The notes under the pieces: generated by a model
What the model was told of the DNA's origin: nothing
The model's database searches: none
What the model saw: the letters and a program-made list of their open reading frames with translations, nothing else
Assembly: GCF_000008565.1 (NCBI RefSeq)
Contig: NC_001263.1
Coordinates: 1,629,113 to 1,661,112, forward strand
Direction of reading: 5' to 3'
DNA: 32,000 bases
DNA from: Deinococcus radiodurans R1 = ATCC 13939 = DSM 20539
Lineage (GTDB): Bacteria > Deinococcota > Deinococci > Deinococcales > Deinococcaceae
Translations under genes and position numbers: made by a program
Shown here: one piece after another, positions 26,456 through 32,000 of the stretch
Layout of the letters: every line of letters begins with the position of its first letter
Position numbering within the stretch: the first letter of the stretch is position 1

Positions 26456-27598
26456 TTAGCCTTCGCGCTCCTCGGTGCCGGCACTGATGACCTCGCGGTA
26501 GGTTTCGCGTACCGTGCGGACCAGCTGGCGTTCGCTCTGGGTGCCCATCAGGTCGAGCATCTTGATGACCTCGCGCGCCTCCAGCGACGGGTTCACGCAG
26601 GCGCGCAGCAAGGCGTAGTGCACCAGACTGGTGCCGGGCCGCGCGCCGCCCGCCGGGGTCCAGGCCTCGCGCAGTTGCGGCAGCAGCGCGGCGGCGAAAC
26701 GGACGATGTCCGGCGCGAAGCGGGCAAGTTCCTTTTGCAACTGTCCCACCGAGTGCACCCCCACGTAATCGAGCAGCGAGGTCAGCCGCACCGGGCGCTC
26801 GGGGTCGGGCCAGTCGACCAGCAAGGTGACGCCCAGCGCCTCGGCCACCTCCAGGTCGAGCGGGCGCACCGGGGGCTGACCCAGCAGATAGGAGACACTC
26901 TGCACGTCGATAAAGACGCTCTCGGGCTCCTCCTGCACCCGCTCGGGCAGCGTGGCGGCGTAGTCGCGGCTCATGCGGGCGAGCGCCATGAACTCCTCGT
27001 CGGCCATTTCGAGCAGTCCAGCCAGCCGGTAAAACCGCCGCCGCACCTCACGCGGCACCGCCTCGCGGTTCTTGTAGCCGAGGTCGTGCTCGATTTCGGC
27101 CCAGGCGTGTTGCAGGATCGAGCGAATCTGAATCTCGAATCGCAGGTCGCTGAGGCCAGGGTGCGCGTCCAGCAGCGCCGCGAACTCGGGCTGCGACGCA
27201 CTGGGCCGCACCACGTAGTGCACGCCCATGTAGCCGAAGCGGTCGGGATCGTGCATCTTCGACTTGTCGATGGAGTGGTCCCAGTCCACCTCGCAGCAGC
27301 CTTCGACCAGCCGCGACACCGCCGCCACGTCCGACTCGAAATAGGTGATAACACGCACGCCCACCAGGTCGGTCACGTCGCCGAGCGTGTGGTAGCGCCC
27401 CACCTTGCGCCGCAGTTTGTCGGCGAGGCTGGCGGGTTTTTTCAGCCGGGCGGTGACGTGGTGGATGTTGAGCCCGGCTTCCTGGAGCAGCCGGGCCATG
27501 TGGGCGACCGCCGCCGAGCGCAGCGCCTCGTACTCACTGAGCTGCGAGACATAGTCGGCCACCAGAGTCGAAGGCGAAAAGGGGGCGGAGGAAGACAT
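26456..27598 (-). CDS. RelA/SpoT-domain (small alarmone synthetase-like nucleotidyltransferase) protein with unassigned C-terminal region
   Basis: [35 protein letters not shown] and [22 protein letters not shown] synthetase motifs. The last ~180 aa match no family I recognise. ATG 27598 is preferred, with 27610 and 27640 as alternatives. Confidence 0.85.
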   Translation of the reverse strand: MSSSAPFSPSTLVADYVSQLSEYEALRSAAVAHMARLLQEAGLNIHHVTARLKKPASLADKLRRKVGRYHTLGDVTDLVGVRVITYFESDVAAVSRLVEGCCEVDWDHSIDKSKMHDPDRFGYMGVHYVVRPSASQPEFAALLDAHPGLSDLRFEIQIRSILQHAWAEIEHDLGYKNREAVPREVRRRFYRLAGLLEMADEEFMALARMSRDYAATLPERVQEEPESVFIDVQSVSYLLGQPPVRPLDLEVAEALGVTLLVDWPDPERPVRLTSLLDYVGVHSVGQLQKELARFAPDIVRFAAALLPQLREAWTPAGGARPGTSLVHYALLRACVNPSLEAREVIKMLDLMGTQSERQLVRTVRETYREVISAGTEEREG

Positions 27599-27709
27599 GG
27601 CGACCCCCATGATAGTCCCCGGCGCGGCGACAGTAGACAATGTGTCGAACGCAGTAGCGCGGGCGCCGTCTCACCCACCAGCGCAGGAGAGCGTGCTACA
27701 GCAAGGGCC

Positions 27710-29521
27710 ATGCTTCCGCTTCGCCGCTCGCTGCTGCTCGGTGCCGTGTCCGCCGCGCTGCTCTCCCCCGCTGCCGCCGCGCCGCGCCTGATCGTGGCCT
27801 ACCCGCCCGAGGGGCACCGCGTCGCTTATGACCACGTGATTTTGGAAGGCAGCGTGAGCCCCGGCGCCCGGCTCACCATCGGAGGCCGCGCCGCCGAGGT
27901 CGCTCCCGACGGGCTCTACACCCTATGGTGGCCGCTGAGTCCCGGCCTCAACACCCTGCGGCTGGTCACCACCGTGGGCGGAGAGTCGAGCAGCCGCGTC
28001 CTGCACGTGACCCGCACCGTCACGGCGCCGCTGCCCGCCCGGCCCACCGCCCTGCGCCCCGGCAGCCTGACGCCGACAGGGCGAATGGAATTCTGGGACC
28101 CCGCCGGCGACTCGCCCGCCGAGCGGCAACTCGAAGTGAGCTTCGAGGGTTCGCCGGGGGGCCGCGCCAGTTTCCGGGTGGGAAGCGGCGCCCCGCAGGC
28201 CATGCGCGAAGTTCGTCCAGGCCGCTACAGCGCCACCTGGGTGCTGCCGCTCGGCAGTGTGTTCGACCAGGCGAGCGTGACCGTCAGCCTGACCGGCCAG
28301 GACGGCAAAACTGTGAGCCAGGCGGCGCCGGGCCGCGTGAGCACCGGCACCGGCCCCGCCACCGCCACCCAACTGGCGGGCACGGTGCGCGGGCTGGGCG
28401 TCAACGAGGCGGAGTATTCGCTGACCACCCTGGATGGCCGGCCCCTGCTCTATCCCCGCGAGGGCACGACCTTTCTGGCGGTGGGACGGCAGGGCAACGA
28501 CCTGCGGGTGCGCCTCGCCCCCGGCCTGAGCGCCCTGGTCACCGCCGATCAGGTGGCGCTGACGCGGGGGCTGCCGCTGGCCGCGCAGCCTGGGCCGCTG
28601 GTGCTCGACCCCAGTGGGGCGGGGGGAACTGGCCTGGAAATGGCGGCTGGAACGGGCGACGACCTGCGGGTGCGGGTGCCGCTCGGCGGAGCGCGGCTGC
28701 CGTTTACGCTGGAGCAGAGCGCGGGGCAACTCGACCTGACGCTCTACGGGGCGCCTCCCCTGCCCACGCCGGGTGAGCTGCGCGACCCACTGCTCGTCAG
28801 CGCCGAAGTGAAAACGCTCGGCCTGGACACCCAGCGCCTGACGCTGCGGCTGAGCGCGGCGCAGGGCTGGGGTTTTCACGCGGGGTACGAGGGCAATGAT
28901 CTGGTGCTCACAGTGCGCCGTCCGCCAGTCCTTGATCCGCTCAGACCACTGGCGGGGCGGGTCATCGTTCTCGACCCCGGACACGGCGGCACCAACATGG
29001 GCGGCGCGGGGCTGCTGGGGCTGACCGAGAAGTACCTCACCCTGCCGGTGGCGCTGCGGGCTGCCGAACTGCTGCGGGCGCAGGGGGCCACCGTGATTCT
29101 GTCCCGTGAGCGCGACGACTCTGTCGGCCTGACCGAGCGCGACCTGCTCGCCGAGCAGACCCGCGCCGACCTGCTCGTCAGCCTGCACTACAACGCGCTG
29201 CCCGACGGGAACGACCCGCGCGGCATTCGTGGGCCGGAGGTGTATTACACCTGGCCGCAGGCGCAGGCGGTGGCGAGCGCCATCCTGAGTGAGCTGCGGG
29301 CCCGCTTGCCCGAACTCGGCATCGGCGCGGGCCTCAGACCGGGCGCCAACCTCGCCCTGACGCGTCCGAGCACCCAGATCAGCCTGCTGGTGGAGCTCGC
29401 CTACCTGACCGACGCGGGCAACGTGCGGGTGATGAACAGTCCGGGCGGGCAGGAAAAGCTGGCCCAGGCGGTGGCGGGCGGCATCGCGCAGTTTTACGCG
29501 GCGCAGGCGGCAGGACGCTGA
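27710..29521 (+). CDS. N-acetylmuramoyl-L-alanine amidase (Amidase_3) with long beta-rich N-terminal region
   Basis: Signal peptide MLPLRRSLLLGAVSAALLSPAAAAP. The C-terminal VIVLDPGHGG...LVSLHYNAL...LLVELAYLTD is the Amidase_3 pattern. The upstream part of ORF 26441..29521 is antisense to the RelA/SpoT gene. Confidence 0.85.
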   Translation: MLPLRRSLLLGAVSAALLSPAAAAPRLIVAYPPEGHRVAYDHVILEGSVSPGARLTIGGRAAEVAPDGLYTLWWPLSPGLNTLRLVTTVGGESSSRVLHVTRTVTAPLPARPTALRPGSLTPTGRMEFWDPAGDSPAERQLEVSFEGSPGGRASFRVGSGAPQAMREVRPGRYSATWVLPLGSVFDQASVTVSLTGQDGKTVSQAAPGRVSTGTGPATATQLAGTVRGLGVNEAEYSLTTLDGRPLLYPREGTTFLAVGRQGNDLRVRLAPGLSALVTADQVALTRGLPLAAQPGPLVLDPSGAGGTGLEMAAGTGDDLRVRVPLGGARLPFTLEQSAGQLDLTLYGAPPLPTPGELRDPLLVSAEVKTLGLDTQRLTLRLSAAQGWGFHAGYEGNDLVLTVRRPPVLDPLRPLAGRVIVLDPGHGGTNMGGAGLLGLTEKYLTLPVALRAAELLRAQGATVILSRERDDSVGLTERDLLAEQTRADLLVSLHYNALPDGNDPRGIRGPEVYYTWPQAQAVASAILSELRARLPELGIGAGLRPGANLALTRPSTQISLLVELAYLTDAGNVRVMNSPGGQEKLAQAVAGGIAQFYAAQAAGR

Positions 29522-29534
29522 GGAACGCGCGGGT

Positions 29535-31028
29535 CTACTCTTCCTGTACGCGCTGGTACTTGGCCCGGTAGCGTTCGCGGCTCGCCGCTTCGAGCAGGTC
29601 GGTGGGGGCGGCGAGGTCCTGAGTACTGCTGGCGGTGCCGACGGTCAGCGGCACAGGCAGGTCGCCCATGCTCAGCGGGCCTACCTCTCTCACCAACGCC
29701 TGAGCGAGGGGGAGGACTTCGGAGGCGGCAGCAGGTTCGAGCAGCACGGCAAATTCGTCGGGGCCGGAGCGGAAGACCGCGTCGCCCCGGCGTTTCACCC
29801 GTTGCAGGCGGGCACTGAGTTCGCGCAGCAGCGCGTCGCCCGCCGCCCGGCCCTGCATGGCGTTGACGCGGCTCAGGGCGCCCACGTCGAAAATGACCAG
29901 ACCGAAAGGCTGCTCCACCCGCCGGGGCCAGCGCTGCGTCACGCTGCGAATGAGGTCCAAGCGGTTGCCCAGGCCGGTCAGCGGGTCGCGCAGCCGCAGC
30001 GTCTTGAGCTGCCGCCAGCGCTCGAAGGCGACCAGCCCCGACCCCAGAACCGCCGCCAGCGAGACAGACACCCCCGGAAACACCACCCCCAGCGGCCACA
30101 GCGCGGCGGCGATGAGCAGCGTCAGGCCCGCCAGCGCGTAGCCCCACAGCCCGCCGCACAGCACGGTGAGGGCCGCGCACCCGGCGCACAGCAGCGCGGT
30201 GCCCCAGCCCGGCAGCCGGCGCAGCGGGGCCGAGAGCAAACTCGACACCGCCCGCGCCTGCCATTCCAGCCCCGGCGTCAGCCGCCCGTCGATGTCGGGC
30301 AGGTTGAGGCCCGGCACGCCGCTCGCGTTCTGGCCGATGAGGACCACCCGGCCTTGCAGGTCGGCGTAACGCACGTTGCCACCGACCAGGTCACGGAAAG
30401 AGAGCGTCTGAGCCGCCACCTGCGCGGGCGGCGAGTACCGCAGCAGGCGCGGCTGGGTATCGAGTGGCAAAGGCTGGCCCGCCTGCGCCGCCACCTGCCG
30501 GGCAAAGCTGGGAATAAGGACTGTGGCCGGGCCGCTCCCGACCGGGTAAGCCGTTTGCACCTCGCGCAGCGGGCCGCTGCCGCTGTTGAGGGCGCTGACC
30601 CCCGTGACGGTCTGCCGGGCACTCAGCCAGTCGAGCACCGGGTCACCGGGCGCGGTGGCGAGCACGAGGTGAGGCCGGTCGAACGCCGCCTGCACGGCTG
30701 GGTCAGGGTCACTGCTCCGGCCCAGCACCACGTCGAGCCCGACGACCTGCGCCCCGGCCTGCTCCAAGGTGTCGAAGGCCCGCAGGTAGAGCGAGCGCGG
30801 CCACTGCGGCAGCGGCCCGTAATCGCCGAGCGTGGCGTCGTCAATGCCGACGAGCAGCAGGCGCTCGTCGAAACGCGAGGGCAGCGCCCGGTTGAGCGAG
30901 TTTTCCAGAGCGCGGTTGTGCGGCAATGCCAGGCCCAGCGCCAGCCCCAGCCCCGCCGCCAGCGGCAAGGTCAGGCGGCGCAGCGGGCGTTCAGGGGAGC
31001 GCCACATGAGACTCGTTTCCCGCCGCAT
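29535..31028 (-). CDS. CHASE2 sensor - TM - GGDEF(degenerate GPDEF) protein
   Basis: CHASE2-like periplasmic region (LLLVGIDDATLGDYGPLPQWPR...VVGLDVVL), three TM segments, and a GGDEF domain RDPLTGLGNR...RRGDAVFRSGPDEFAVLL. The start is uncertain (31031, 31028 or 31007). Confidence 0.8.
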   Translation of the reverse strand: MRRETSLMWRSPERPLRRLTLPLAAGLGLALGLALPHNRALENSLNRALPSRFDERLLLVGIDDATLGDYGPLPQWPRSLYLRAFDTLEQAGAQVVGLDVVLGRSSDPDPAVQAAFDRPHLVLATAPGDPVLDWLSARQTVTGVSALNSGSGPLREVQTAYPVGSGPATVLIPSFARQVAAQAGQPLPLDTQPRLLRYSPPAQVAAQTLSFRDLVGGNVRYADLQGRVVLIGQNASGVPGLNLPDIDGRLTPGLEWQARAVSSLLSAPLRRLPGWGTALLCAGCAALTVLCGGLWGYALAGLTLLIAAALWPLGVVFPGVSVSLAAVLGSGLVAFERWRQLKTLRLRDPLTGLGNRLDLIRSVTQRWPRRVEQPFGLVIFDVGALSRVNAMQGRAAGDALLRELSARLQRVKRRGDAVFRSGPDEFAVLLEPAAASEVLPLAQALVREVGPLSMGDLPVPLTVGTASSTQDLAAPTDLLEAASRERYRAKYQRVQEE

Positions 31029-32000
31029 CACGCACGCTCAGCCGCAGCTCGCCGGGGACCGTCGGCGCGGGGAGCAGCACCCGAAACGGCCCAGGCCGCA
31101 GCGTACGCATTTGCGGCGTACCAGCGCCCTCAATGCGGAGTTGCAGCCGGCTGTCAGCACTTGCCGGCCCGTCCCTGACTTCACCGCTGAGCAGCAGGAG
31201 ACGGCCCAGCGTGCGCCGCTGTACCCCGTCCAGCACCGGCGCTGCCCGGTCGAGCACCAGCGGAAAGCGCCGCTGCCAGAGCTGCCCCGAGCGGCGCACG
31301 CTGAGCGTCACGTCGTAGCGTCCGTCGGGGAGGGCGGGCAGTGAGACGGGCAGGGTGAAGACGCCCGCCCCGATCTCGCCGAGGCGCACGGTCTGCCCGT
31401 TCAGCCGCGCCTCGACCTCGCTGCCCTGGGGAGCGGTCACGCGCAGGTCGGGCGTCTGCTGCGCCCAGGGCCGGGCGGGGGCGCCGGGCAAGGTGAGTTG
31501 CGGTGCCAGCGGCGCGGCCCGTTCGCGGTCCAGCGCCAGGTTGAACTCGTCGAGGGCGTCGGGTATGAGAGGCCGCACCACGCCGCCAGCGGGCTTTTCC
31601 TGGCCTTGCTCCAGGCGCACTCCCGGCTCGCTCGGCAGCTCGACCTGACCTTCAAAGACCTTGACCAGCCCCGCCGCGTCCACCCGGAAGGTCGTGCCGC
31701 GCACGGCGGTGCTGACCACCGGGGTGGTGATGCGGTAGCCGCCCTGGCCCTTTTGCACCACGCTCCAGGCACTGCCGCGCAGCAGCCGCAGCGTGACCTC
31801 GCGTCCCCGCGCCGTTTTGTCCACCGCCAGCACCCCGAGTTCGCTCTGCTCGGTCAGGCGCAGGTAGCCGCCGCCGCTGAAACCGATTTCGGCCCAGGCG
31901 CCGCTGCCGGTGCTCACGCGGTCGCCGGTGCCGAGCACCTGTCCCATCGTGGCGCCGCGTACCTTTTCACCGCTGCGGTACTCCACGGCCCCGCGCAGCC
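30991..32000 (-). CDS. FecR-domain protein (5' end outside window)
   Basis: The frame is open to the window edge. GDRVSTGSGAWAEIGFSGGGYLRLTEQSEL...TAVRGTTFRV is the FecR pattern. The 3' end overlaps the CHASE2 gene start. Confidence 0.75.
   Translation of the reverse strand, partial: LRGAVEYRSGEKVRGATMGQVLGTGDRVSTGSGAWAEIGFSGGGYLRLTEQSELGVLAVDKTARGREVTLRLLRGSAWSVVQKGQGGYRITTPVVSTAVRGTTFRVDAAGLVKVFEGQVELPSEPGVRLEQGQEKPAGGVVRPLIPDALDEFNLALDRERAAPLAPQLTLPGAPARPWAQQTPDLRVTAPQGSEVEARLNGQTVRLGEIGAGVFTLPVSLPALPDGRYDVTLSVRRSGQLWQRRFPLVLDRAAPVLDGVQRRTLGRLLLLSGEVRDGPASADSRLQLRIEGAGTPQMRTLRPGPFRVLLPAPTVPGELRLSVRDAAGNESHVALP

Noticed and set aside
26441-27709. N-terminal 423 codons of ORF 26441..29521. 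Similar 5' extensions exist for ORFs 2578..4614, 13013..14179 and 17240..18880.
   Set aside because: The extensions overlap motif-supported genes on the other strand or upstream genes. Internal ATGs with a signal peptide, an SD or a -10 box give proteins of canonical length.

Overview
High-GC bacterial chromosomal segment. The gene content points to Deinococcus, probably D. radiodurans-like (inference): a DinB-family protein, an IS4-family IS, a MITE-like small non-coding repeat, and many start codons sitting 6-8 nt after a -10 box. I support about 27 protein genes, one initiator tRNA-Met, one complete IS element, one small TIR-bounded repeat, several hairpin terminators and a few candidate regulatory sites. 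Most genes are housekeeping: a LeuC/HacA plus LeuD/HacB dehydratase pair, FAH-family hydrolase, xpt, ilvE, pepF, amidase, SDR, HIT, HAD, a DEAD-box helicase and a cell-wall amidase. Points worth follow-up: (1) The two dehydratase subunit genes are split by a Roadblock/LC7 + V4R-like pair on the opposite strand, plus an ArsR regulator and an AT-rich dyad. (2) A RelA/SpoT-type small alarmone-synthetase-like protein carries an unassigned C-terminal half of about 180 aa and lies next to the initiator tRNA. (3) An IS insertion with perfect 19-bp IRs and a 6-bp TSD cuts off the C-terminus of a VanW/YoaR gene, and the original reading frame can be rebuilt exactly. (4) Four further gene lesions are visible: two apparent frameshifts in the helicase, one in a TipAL-like MerR gene, and an in-frame TGA inside an EAL domain. 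These are either genuine decay or sequence errors. (5) Both GGDEF domains in the window are degenerate (GGNEF, GPDEF). (6) A triple 17-18 bp direct repeat abuts the HIT gene start. No CRISPR array or rRNA was seen. All homology calls are motif recognition by eye, not database searches.
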